A model generated the notes under the pieces. It was not told the origin of the DNA. It saw only the letters and a program-made list of their open reading frames with translations, and did not search any database. A program made the translations under genes and the position numbers. Source: a virus. From it: a DNA stretch of 64,000 bases. The DNA lies in the IMG/VR virus record IMGVR_UViG_3300045391_004889, positions 1 to 64,000 of that record, one strand, 5' to 3'. This document shows, piece after piece, positions 9,851 to 17,430 of this stretch (position 1 is the stretch's first letter; each line of letters starts with the position of its first letter).

Positions 9851-10677
9851 GGGTGCCTCACGTGCTGACCGTCAGGCAGTGGCTCCCCGACCTCGCCCTG
9901 CAGCCACCGGAGGTAGGTCTGCAGGATGAAGCCTTGGTCCTCCTGGCTGTAGCCGTGCAGTGGTACCGGACGGACAGCCTGACAGTCGTCCTCGAAGCAC
10001 GGCTGCATCACCCGGCTGCCGCTGTACGCCCACTGATGCTGAGCGTCCTCGAGCTCGCCGCGGTCCATCTGGTCGATGGACTTCCGCAGCTCTGGATACT
10101 CCCGCAGTCGGATGGCACACAGTGGTGACATGCCTCGGAAGTAGCCGTACTTGAAGATCATGCGCAGCTGTCGCCCCCGCCTAGCCGTTGGTATCATTGG
10201 CCACCTCGTCTTCACCGACGACCTCACAGCCGTGGGCGTATCCCAGGCCGGCGGTCCACTCGACCACCCGACTGCATCCCTCACACTCCGTCGGTTCGTG
10301 GGCCGCAGCCTCGTCCTGAACGTGCTTCGCCAGGCCGTCCAGCTGAACCTCGTCACCCCACCCGAGACCCTGGATGATCCGCTGCGGCGGGTGACCGAAG
10401 TGCCAGTAGTCACCGCACTCGTAGGCGGACAGGTGGTCACCCGGGTGGAACTTCTTGGCGGCACGCTTGGCGTCACGTCGGTTGCCGTAGCGTACCTTGC
10501 CGCAGTTCGGCTCGTCACAGAGCCCGAACTGCTGGATCTTGTTCGTCACCGGCTTGACCGAACCGTGCCGCTTCCTGCCGACGCTCACGAGACCCTCTCC
10601 CTCCTCTCTTCCTGATCGCTTCCTTGATGGGCCCATCCTACCAGGCCAGGCCCACCATGTCCACACCTTGATCGCCC

Positions 10678-10869
10678 TCAGATCTTGGTGAGGGTGATCG
10701 TCGGGTGGTCCGAGGTGCCACCGTTGCGGTCGAAGCGCACCGTGGCGTACTCCACCTTGGCGCCCTTGCCGTGGCCCGCCTTGTCGAGCACAGCCAGCAC
10801 CACCCCGCACTTGCCGGTGCTGTCGTGACGCACTCGCTGGCCTCGCGCCGCTTCTCCGGGTCGCATCAT
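10678..10869 (-). CDS. Small SH3-like hypothetical protein
   Basis: First gene after the promoter at 10918-10946, with a strong SD. Confidence 0.6.
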   Translation of the reverse strand: MMRPGEAARGQRVRHDSTGKCGVVLAVLDKAGHGKGAKVEYATVRFDRNGGTSDHPTITLTKI

Positions 10870-10917
10870 CGCGGTCGCTTCCTTCCTTCCTGTTGCCCTC
10901 TCGCTGAGGGTGAGACG

Positions 10918-10946
10918 ATCGTATCAAGCACCTCGTCACCTGTACA
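10918..10946 (-). promoter_or_regulatory. Leftward promoter (TGTACA-N17-TACGAT)
   Basis: Recurrent promoter family; divergent from the 11126 promoter. Confidence 0.7.
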
Positions 10947-11125
10947 GTCTTCTCACACCTCACGTGCACCCATACACACACCTACTCGCGATAGATAGGC
11001 CCTTTCACGTTCGAGACACGAGAGTGACGTGACGAGGACTGCGGAGGCGGCACCACACGTTCCACATGATGCATCGTGGCAAAGATCATCCTTCAATCAC
11101 TGGCGAGAAGTGGCCAAATCAGGAC

Positions 11126-11155
11126 TGGACAGCGCGCGAGAGGGCCTGATAGAGT
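11126..11155 (+). promoter_or_regulatory. Promoter of the Y-RNA/tRNA/Ro60 operon (TGGACA-N18-TAGAGT)
   Basis: Recurrent promoter family, about 15 nt upstream of the first Y-like RNA. Confidence 0.75.
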
Positions 11156-11170
11156 CATTCTCGTCAGCAA

Positions 11171-11320
11171 GCAGCGGGGCTGATGCGAAGGTCGGGAGCT
11201 ACTTCCTTAATCGATGGGTCGTGGGTTCAACCCCCACCCGCGTCTTCGGATGCGGTAGCTCAGCGGTAGAGCAATCGACTGTCAACTCCAGGCTGTAAGG
11301 GGTCTCAGCCCCACCGCTGC
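11171..11320 (+). ncRNA. Y RNA-like 1 (YrlA-type, circularly permuted tRNA module)
   Basis: Closing stem GCAGCGG/CCGCTGC and GGGGCTGA/TCAGCCCC; GATGCGAAG motif; T-arm GTGGG-TTCAACC-CCCAC, acceptor-like hairpin CCGCGTC-TTCG-GATGCGG, then D-arm TAGCTCAGCGGTAGAGC. Confidence 0.85.
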
Positions 11321-11390
11321 GCTGGTACGGGATGACCACGACCACAGGAACGAGAGAACGGAGCGGGCTATGTAGCCCCATCACAAAGCT

Positions 11391-11467
11391 TCACAGCTGG
11401 TGCGCTGCCGACGGATACTTCACCTGGCAAAGATAAAGTCCGTCCGCACACTAGATCTCAGCTGTGA
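11391..11467 (+). ncRNA. Y RNA-like 2 (short, no tRNA module)
   Basis: TCACAGCTG/CAGCTGTGA closing stem; GGTGCG...GACGGA-TACTTC...TCCGTC; 3' TCTCAG shared with the other units. Confidence 0.7.
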
Positions 11468-11468
11468 G

Positions 11469-11618
11469 CCGGTGTGGGTGAGCGATGCGAAGACATCGGG
11501 GTACTTCTCAACTCTGTCAAAGTTGACGATCCGGGCGCAATTCCCGGCAGGGCCGCTATGGACCTGGCAAGCGCTAGTCAGTTCCCCGCGTCGCCCAGGA
11601 CACGCTCACCTTCACCGG
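11469..11618 (+). ncRNA. Y RNA-like 3 (permuted tRNA module with intact Asp-like anticodon arm)
   Basis: CCGGTG..GGTGAGCG/CGCTCACC..CACCGG; GATGCGAAG...GGGTACTTC; TCAACT-CTGTCAA-AGTTGA; T-like arm CCGGG-CGCAATT-CCCGG. Confidence 0.75.
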
Positions 11619-11627
11619 CACCAGATT

Positions 11628-11781
11628 TGGCTGACGTGCCCGGTGCGCAGACATACGGTTACTTCGCATTCGGAGCGGGAGATCGCAGGTTCGAATCCTG
11701 CCACCCCAACGATGGGGTGTAGCCCAGCGGCCTAGGGCGCCTAACGTTGCCGTCGTCGACTTGACCTCGGGCCGTCAGTCA
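11628..11781 (+). ncRNA. Y RNA-like 4 (permuted tRNA-Pro-like module)
   Basis: TGGCTGACG/CGTCAGTCA; GGTGCGCAG...GGTTACTTC; GCAGG-TTCGAAT-CCTGC, CACCCCA-ACGA-TGGGGTG, D-arm GCCC-AGCGGCCTA-GGGC. Confidence 0.85.
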
Positions 11782-11785
11782 GTAA

Positions 11786-11930
11786 GATCCCTCGTATGTC
11801 ACCCGATGTGACGTCAACACCGTTACTTCGTGGTTCAAGTCCATGCGAATGCTGCCTTCGGGCTCGCTCTCGTCGCCCAATTGGTAGGGCTTCCGGTCTG
11901 ACACCTGGACTCGGGTGACGTACGAGGGTT
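11786..11930 (+). ncRNA. Y RNA-like 5 (permuted tRNA module)
   Basis: About 20-bp closing stem CCCTCGTATGTCACCCGA/TCGGGTGACGTACGAGGG; GATGTGACG...CGTTACTTC; T-arm CGTGG-TTCAAGT-CCATG, TTCG-capped stem, D-arm GCCC-AATTGGTA-GGGC. Confidence 0.8.
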
Positions 11931-11948
11931 ATGATGAGCTTCACAATT

Positions 11949-12022
11949 GGTGCTGTGGCGCAGTTGGTTAGCGCACCGCCCTGTCAAGGCGGAGGTCGCC
12001 GGTTCGAGTCCGGTCAGCATCG
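11949..12022 (+). tRNA. tRNA-Asp(GTC)
   Basis: Full cloverleaf GGTGCTG/CAGCATC; anticodon arm CCGCC-CTGTCAA-GGCGG; no encoded CCA. Confidence 0.9.
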
Positions 12023-12118
12023 CGACGTCACTGATGTGACGCGGAGTGCCGGTTCCTTCATCGCCTTCACCAGGCGCCTCGAACAAAACCCGGTCCGCAC
12101 GCGGTCTCAGCGGCGTCG
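12023..12118 (+). ncRNA. Y RNA-like 6 (short)
   Basis: CGACGTC.CTGA/TCAG.GGCGTCG; GATGTGACG...GGTTCCTTC; 3' GGTCTCAG as in unit 1. Confidence 0.7.
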
Positions 12119-12121
12119 AAG

Positions 12122-12194
12122 GTCCCGATGGCGCAACGGATAGCGCACTTGACTACGGATCAAGCGGTTGCAGGTTCGAATCCTGCTCGGGACG
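12122..12194 (+). tRNA. tRNA-Arg(ACG)
   Basis: GTCCCGA/TCGGGAC; CTTGA-CTACGGA-TCAAG; GTTCGAAT T-loop. Confidence 0.9.
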
Positions 12195-12212
12195 CTGGGG
12201 AGGCGTTGACAT

Positions 12213-12296
12213 GGCGCTGGCCGCTCATGACGGCGATTGTGGTGAAATCCCGCCCTGATAAGGCGGGGGAACTGGGTTCGACTCCCGGCAGCGCCC
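12213..12296 (+). ncRNA. Aberrant tRNA-Ile(GAT)-like RNA with an extra hairpin
   Basis: GGCGCTG/CAGCGCC acceptor; extra GCCG-CTCATGA-CGGC; D-like GATT/AATC; CCGCC-CTGATAA-GGCGG; T-arm CTGGG-TTCGACT-CCCGG. Confidence 0.65.
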
Positions 12297-12313
12297 TCCC
12301 TACAACTGCAGAT

Positions 12314-12467
12314 GTCCACGTAGCTCAGGTTGGGACAGAGCGGCCCGAAAACGGATGGGCGGCGTGGCGAGAAGGTTGCGGATGCACCGAATGGCTCTCG
12401 CAGGGTCTGTAGGGAAGCGCGTTTCCAAGCTCGTCTCTAGGCGCGGGTTCGAATCCCGTCGTGGACA
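12314..12467 (+). ncRNA. tRNA-framed RNA with anticodon arm replaced by an ~100-nt structured insert
   Basis: GTCCACG-TA-GCTC...GAGC at the 5' end; GCGGG-TTCGAAT-CCCGT-CGTGGAC-A at the 3' end. Confidence 0.75.
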
Positions 12468-12511
12468 CTTTCACCGACGCCAGGTTGGTGCGACAGAAGA
12501 AGGTGGGTGCG

Positions 12512-14200
12512 GTGGCGCGATTCAACACGCCCGGGCAGCCGGCTCGTCCGACGCGAGCAACCTCGCCCGTGAAGACCACGGGGGAGATGACCACGACGTT
12601 TGAGGGTGGCCCTGGCTACCTGCGAAACGCGAAGTCTGAGCTGTTCCAGCTCGCTGTGGTCAACATGGTCGGCCAGGACACGTTCTACGAGTCCGCGGGT
12701 GACCGAGACAGCCGCTACACGAGCCTGATCCGTGAGCTTGCCGTCGCTGACCCTTCCTGGACCTTCGAGCTGCTGCGGTGGCTGCGTGGTCCGGAGGGCA
12801 ACCTGCGCACGGCCAGCCTGGTGGGTGCCGCGGAGTTCGTGAAGGCTCGGCTCGACGCGCAGAAGCGTGGCGAGCTGCCCAACCCGGCTCCCGTCGGCGA
12901 CCACGCGTTCACCGTCGCGCACTGGAACCGTCGCGTCATCGACGCGGTGCTGCAGCGTGCGGACGAGCCCGGCGAGCTGATCGCGTACTGGATCCAGAAC
13001 TACGGTCGCAACCTGCCGCAGCCGATCAAGCGTGGTGTCGCCGACGCCGTCAAGCGTCTGTACACCGAGCGTGGCTACCTGCGCTACGACAGCAACTCGA
13101 AGGGCTTCCGCTTCGCGGACGTCATCGACCTGGTGCACCCGAGTGCGAGTGCCCCGTGGCAGGGCGACCTCTACCGTCACGCGTTGAACGAGCGCCACGC
13201 TCGAAACGCTGACGTGCCGGAGAGCCTGACCCTGGTGACCGCTCGCAAGACGGTCAACTCGCTGTCGCCTCAGAAGCGCCACGACCTGGCGCGATTGGCG
13301 CTGCGAGACGGCCTGGAGCACAGCATCTACGAGCGGGCCATGGCCGGTCACTGGGAGTGGCTCCAGAGCCTGCTGGGTGACACCTCGGGCGTGCGTACGC
13401 CGGTCGACAAGCGTGGCCGCTGGAAGCTGGTGCTGCCGCAGATGGGCTACATGGCCCTCCTGCGCAACCTTCGCAACCTCGGCGAGGCGGGTCTCACGTA
13501 CGTGGAGGTCCAGGAGATCGCGAAGCGCCTGGCGGACCCGGAGCAGGTGGCCAAGAGCCGCCAGTTCCCGTACCGCTTCTGGTCGGCCTACCAGGCCACC
13601 GACGGTGCCTTCGCTCAGGCTCTCGACACCGCGTTCATGCACAGCATGCGGAACATCCCTGGTCTCCCGGGACGCAGCCTCGTGCTGGTCGACACCAGCG
13701 CCTCGATGAACGGTGGGCTCTTCGCTCGCCAGTCCACGATGACGCCCCTGCAGGCCGCGGCGGTGTTCGGTGTCGCTCTGGCGACGCGGAACCCGGGCTC
13801 GGTGAAGCTCATGGGCTTCGCGAGCGGGGAGTTCGAGCACATCATGCCGGTGGGCGCGTCGGCGATGGCTGAGGTCAAGCGCTTCATGGGCCGCGTCGGT
13901 GAGGTGGGCCACGGCACCGACATCCACGGTGCGGTGTCTCGTCAGTACCGCCGTGAGTTCGACCGCGTGTTCATCATCAGTGACATGCAGACGATCGACT
14001 CGCGTCACCTGGCTCACCAGACGGTGCCGCGTCACGTGCCGATCTACGGCTTCAACCTGGGCGGCTACCGCGCCAGCATGATGCCGCTCGGCCCGGGTCG
14101 TCACGAGTTTGGCGGTCTCAGCGACGCCACCTTCAAGAACATCCCGCTGCTCGAGCGTGGCATCGACGGCGGCTGGCCGTGGGAGGTCACGGGTGAGTGA
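12512..14200 (+). CDS. rsr: Ro60/Rsr-like RNA-binding protein (TROVE + vWA)
   Basis: TFEGGPGY..AKSELF, QDTFYES, NLRTASLV, MGYMALLRNLRNL, KSRQFPYRFWSAY, and vWA LVLVDTSASM...FIISDMQ; GTG start at 12512 (MARFN) avoids overlap with the upstream RNA. Confidence 0.92.
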   Translation: MARFNTPGQPARPTRATSPVKTTGEMTTTFEGGPGYLRNAKSELFQLAVVNMVGQDTFYESAGDRDSRYTSLIRELAVADPSWTFELLRWLRGPEGNLRTASLVGAAEFVKARLDAQKRGELPNPAPVGDHAFTVAHWNRRVIDAVLQRADEPGELIAYWIQNYGRNLPQPIKRGVADAVKRLYTERGYLRYDSNSKGFRFADVIDLVHPSASAPWQGDLYRHALNERHARNADVPESLTLVTARKTVNSLSPQKRHDLARLALRDGLEHSIYERAMAGHWEWLQSLLGDTSGVRTPVDKRGRWKLVLPQMGYMALLRNLRNLGEAGLTYVEVQEIAKRLADPEQVAKSRQFPYRFWSAYQATDGAFAQALDTAFMHSMRNIPGLPGRSLVLVDTSASMNGGLFARQSTMTPLQAAAVFGVALATRNPGSVKLMGFASGEFEHIMPVGASAMAEVKRFMGRVGEVGHGTDIHGAVSRQYRREFDRVFIISDMQTIDSRHLAHQTVPRHVPIYGFNLGGYRASMMPLGPGRHEFGGLSDATFKNIPLLERGIDGGWPWEVTGE

Positions 14201-14404
14201 AGAGCTGCAGCCGGTCACCTGGCTGAAGCAGAAGTACAGCTGCTACAAGCAGAAGGGCCGCTACAAGGGTGGCACCAACGCGGCCAAGTCGGTCCGCAAG
14301 CGCAAGAAGGTCGGTGGCGGACCGAGCCCGATCGAGCACGTGCTGGTGCTCACCGCCAGTGGTCACAAGCGCTGGGACACCCGTCCTCGCGAGACCGGCA
14401 AGCG

Positions 14405-14602
14405 ATGAGTGAGCGATGGGCCATCCACATGGCCCTCGCAGACCGGAGCGAGTCGTTGCTGGAGGTCAACCTGGGCTCGATCCAGAAGGACCCACAGCAG
14501 CTGGTTGAGGGCTCTGAGGCGGGCGTCATGGAGACGATCCAGGACGCCATCCAGGATCTCGACACCTCTGAGGCGCTCGTCATCTGGGTCAAGCCAGCCT
14601 GA
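14405..14602 (+). CDS. Small acidic hypothetical protein
   Basis: Coupled to a small basic ORF (about 14193-14408) downstream of Ro60. Confidence 0.55.
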   Translation: MSERWAIHMALADRSESLLEVNLGSIQKDPQQLVEGSEAGVMETIQDAIQDLDTSEALVIWVKPA

Positions 14603-14610
14603 CGAAGACT

Positions 14611-14648
14611 CACTGCCCACCCCGAAACGTGGCCCGGGGTGGGCAGTG
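14611..14648 (+). terminator. Stem-loop ending the Ro60 operon
   Basis: CACTGCCCACCCCG...CGGGGTGGGCAGTG inverted repeat. Confidence 0.65.
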
Positions 14649-14655
14649 CCATTTG

Positions 14656-14684
14656 TGGACATTTGAGTGAGCAACTGGTAAGAT
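14656..14684 (+). promoter_or_regulatory. Promoter (TGGACA-N17-TAAGAT)
   Basis: Recurrent promoter family. Confidence 0.75.
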
Positions 14685-14716
14685 GCTCTTAGGAAACAGG
14701 AAGTGAGGAGAAACTC

Positions 14717-15313
14717 ATGACTGACCGATCCACGTCGGCGGTTCGCGCTCGTCGCGACACCGAGGTGCGAAGCATGATGATGAACGTCATCCGAGCCTAC
14801 CGTGAGGAGCGCGGCAAGCTCGCTGAGCGTCTCAAGACCGACCACGCGTTGAACCCCTTCGTGTTGCGGCCGGTGCTGAAGGTCCAGGCGGACGTCATCC
14901 CGTGGGTGCGAGTGCAGGGTCTCGTCACCAAGGGCACCAACGGCTACAAGGCGATGATGGAGGTGCGATCGTACTGCGCTCGCACCCTGCTCGACTACGC
15001 GGAGGCGTCCGGTTCCGACATGCTCGTCGCGGAGATCGACCGCATGGAGCGCGAAGGCATGCGACGGTACCTGAAGATGACCGCGCGCTTTGTGCCCGGC
15101 ACCTCCCCGGAAGCCGTCGCCCTCGGTGAGAACACCGAGGAGACCGAGGACCCGGATATCACCGACGTGGTCAAGGGCCTGCGCAAGCAGGCGAACGACC
15201 TGCGGTTGCTGGGTCGTGACGCGAAGGCCATCGAGCTCTTCAAGATGGCCGACGAGATGGAGCGTCAGCTCATCGCGGAGGCCGCGTCGAAGGGCAAGCC
15301 CGAGGGTGAGTGA
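14717..15313 (+). CDS. Hypothetical helical protein
   Basis: SD GAGGAG; promoter upstream. Confidence 0.75.
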   Translation: MTDRSTSAVRARRDTEVRSMMMNVIRAYREERGKLAERLKTDHALNPFVLRPVLKVQADVIPWVRVQGLVTKGTNGYKAMMEVRSYCARTLLDYAEASGSDMLVAEIDRMEREGMRRYLKMTARFVPGTSPEAVALGENTEETEDPDITDVVKGLRKQANDLRLLGRDAKAIELFKMADEMERQLIAEAASKGKPEGE

Positions 15314-15565
15314 GCCGAGCCGCCTGACGGTGGCTGAGGTCCAAGCGATGCTGGCGGAACTCTACGTCCCGCCGGTGTCGCCGGACGTTCACGAGCCGGT
15401 ACAGTTGATCTTCGAGGAACACGGCACCCCCGCCGACGTGTGTTGGGGGTGCTCCGACGTCACCGCCGGCACGTTGGTGCCCGTCTCAGCCTGTGAGACG
15501 GCGCTTCGACGCTACGACGAGAACGACGGGCCCACGTCGTTCCTCAGGATGCGAGGGAACCAGGA

Positions 15566-16114
15566 ATGAGCAAGAAGCCGCTGCTGTTCATCGACGTGGA
15601 CGGCGTTCTGAACCCTGAGAGCACCTCAGCCGGTCGTCGTCCTGACGGGTACATGACACACCGCATGCGGCCATCTGGCCCGTGGCAGGACACGCGGCAC
15701 AAGGCGCTGCGAGTGTGGCTCAACCCGAGCCACGGCTCTTACCTGATGGGTCTCCCCTTCGAGCTGGTGTGGGGCACCACCTGGGAGGACGAGGCCAACG
15801 AGTGGATCGCGCCGCACCTCGGGTTGCCCGAGCTGCCGGTGGTCCACTTCGAGAACAAGCTTGGGCGCCGGGTTCACGGCGTTCACTGGAAGACCCCCGA
15901 TCTGGTGAAGTACGCGGCCGGTCGGCCATTCGCGTGGCTGGACGACGAGATCACCGCTCGGGATGGGGAGTACGTGCGTGAGCACCACCGCGCCCCGTCT
16001 GCCCTGGTCCAGGTGTCACCCTTCGTGGGTCTCACCGATGACCACCTGCACCACCTCCACGTCTGGCACAGTCAGCTGGCCAACGTGGAGAAGCTCAACG
16101 ACATCGGCCACTAG
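15566..16114 (+). CDS. HAD-superfamily phosphatase (Swiss-army-knife RNA-repair type)
   Basis: LLFIDVDGVLNP (DxD), LVWGTTWE, WK, FAWLDD motifs. Confidence 0.85.
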   Translation: MSKKPLLFIDVDGVLNPESTSAGRRPDGYMTHRMRPSGPWQDTRHKALRVWLNPSHGSYLMGLPFELVWGTTWEDEANEWIAPHLGLPELPVVHFENKLGRRVHGVHWKTPDLVKYAAGRPFAWLDDEITARDGEYVREHHRAPSALVQVSPFVGLTDDHLHHLHVWHSQLANVEKLNDIGH

Positions 16115-16456
16115 GAACACTAAGGGGGTGACCGTCGTGCCTGAGGTGGCTCGGCGGTGCCTGGAATGCGGCATCGAAGCCCGAGACCTCATCGACGGCC
16201 AGGAAACGGAACGAGATACGCCCCGCACCCGGCGACAGCGAGTGAAGGACGCGGCAGTCATGACCGCCATCGTCACGCTCGGGGTCGTCATCGGGACACT
16301 CGCCACGATCGGGTGTCTCACGCTCTGGTTCACCACGGCCTTCATGTGGCCGTGGCTCCCCTGGGCGTGAGTGACCCTACGAGGTAGGATCTGAACTGGC
16401 AGCGCGGTGCGCGAGGGCCACTCATTGAGGGATGGGTGGCCCTCGTCATCAAGTTG

Positions 16457-16485
16457 TGGACATTCAAGCGAGACCCTGGTATGAT
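16457..16485 (+). promoter_or_regulatory. Promoter (TGGACA-N17-TATGAT)
   Basis: Recurrent promoter family. Confidence 0.75.
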
Positions 16486-16523
16486 GGGTCTCGTCGGAAC
16501 AGGAAACGACGGAAGAGGAAGAG

Positions 16524-16712
16524 ATGGGCAAAGGACCGTACCGAGTCGGCGACACCGTGTGGCTCACCATCCGCAAGGGTCGCCTCCCCGGTGAGATCAA
16601 GCACATCAGCACCAACAGCGGGGTGCCGGCGCCGTTCGTCGTGGAGTACCGTGACGAGAACAACAACCTGCGCACTCACAACGCCACCAAGCGTGAGCTG
16701 GAGCCGCGCTGA
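16524..16712 (+). CDS. Small SH3-like protein
   Basis: YRVGDTVWL...GEIKHI; strong SD. Confidence 0.7.
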   Translation: MGKGPYRVGDTVWLTIRKGRLPGEIKHISTNSGVPAPFVVEYRDENNNLRTHNATKRELEPR

Positions 16713-16990
16713 TGGGGTACACCAGGGTGCGAGCCGGTGACACCGTGATCGGGGCCGGCGTCTCGCCGACCACCGGCAAACGGATCAGCAACAAGCGTGG
16801 TTACGTCACCGACGTGCGTGACCACCTCGGCAACGACATCGTGTGCGTGGAGTGGGAAGACGGCTCCACCGACGAGGTTCGTCAGGAGAACGTGAGCGGC
16901 ACTCAACAGGGCGTGTTCGGTCGTCCACCGCGTGAGGAAGCGGAAGAGGAGCCGCAGGGCAAGAAGCGACGCTGGGGACGGCGTGGCTGA
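16712..16990 (+). CDS. Small SH3-like protein
   Basis: TGATG overlap; RGYVTDV...VCVEWEDGS. Confidence 0.65.
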   Translation: MGYTRVRAGDTVIGAGVSPTTGKRISNKRGYVTDVRDHLGNDIVCVEWEDGSTDEVRQENVSGTQQGVFGRPPREEAEEEPQGKKRRWGRRG

Positions 16991-17339
16991 GTTTCGCCCG
17001 CCGCGGCGAAGGCGACCCCCGCAGATTCCTGCGGAGGTCGCCCCGCAGCCGAGTCGGGCCTGGCTGACGCAGAGGTATAGTGACGTGACCGAGCTGGAAA
17101 CGTTGAAGCGAGAGCTGCGACACGAGCAGATGGCTCTCGACCACCAGGAAGACGAGCTTACCCGAGCGCGTGACGCGTTTCGTTCCGCGGAACGGCTGCG
17201 CGACAACGCGCGGAAGAGCGTGGACGAGATCCAGAAGCGTGTCGACGCGGCGCAGCGGTTGGTCACGCTCGAGGAGGAGAACGCGAAGCTGCGCCGTCAA
17301 GTTGCGGAGTGTAACAACGTGCACAAAGCACCCTTCTGA
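16983..17339 (+). CDS. Coiled-coil hypothetical protein
   Basis: Heptad-rich ORF; start uncertain. Confidence 0.55.
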   Translation: MAEFRPPRRRRPPQIPAEVAPQPSRAWLTQRYSDVTELETLKRELRHEQMALDHQEDELTRARDAFRSAERLRDNARKSVDEIQKRVDAAQRLVTLEEENAKLRRQVAECNNVHKAPF

Positions 17340-17430
17340 TTTCCCAAACAGCGCTCAGGCTGATATACTTCTATCAGCAGCAAGCAAGCAGACAGCATGC
17401 AAGCTCAAGCTAAATGGGGTGAATCAGGAA

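Noticed and set aside
11358-11378. SD followed by ATG-TAG minigene between Y-like units 1 and 2
   Set aside because: It is a single occurrence inside a small GGGCTA/TAGCCC hairpin and cannot be distinguished from chance.
11171-12118. CRISPR array
   Set aside because: The repeats are short degenerate motifs inside self-closing stems of unequal length, not identical direct repeats with spacers. No cas genes are present.
12314-12467. tmRNA or group I intron-containing tRNA
   Set aside because: No Ala-type GGGG/CCACCA ends or tag ORF, and the insert is too short with no recognisable group I core.
12461-12511. N-terminal extension of Ro60 given in the ORF track
   Set aside because: It overlaps the 3' end of the tRNA-framed RNA. 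GTG at 12512 has an SD-like sequence and gives a typical MARFN start.
11029-12603. Short ORFs listed across the RNA island (also 18256-19768 and 20251-20822)
   Set aside because: They overlap tRNA or Y-like RNA structures and lack SD sequences and codon bias.
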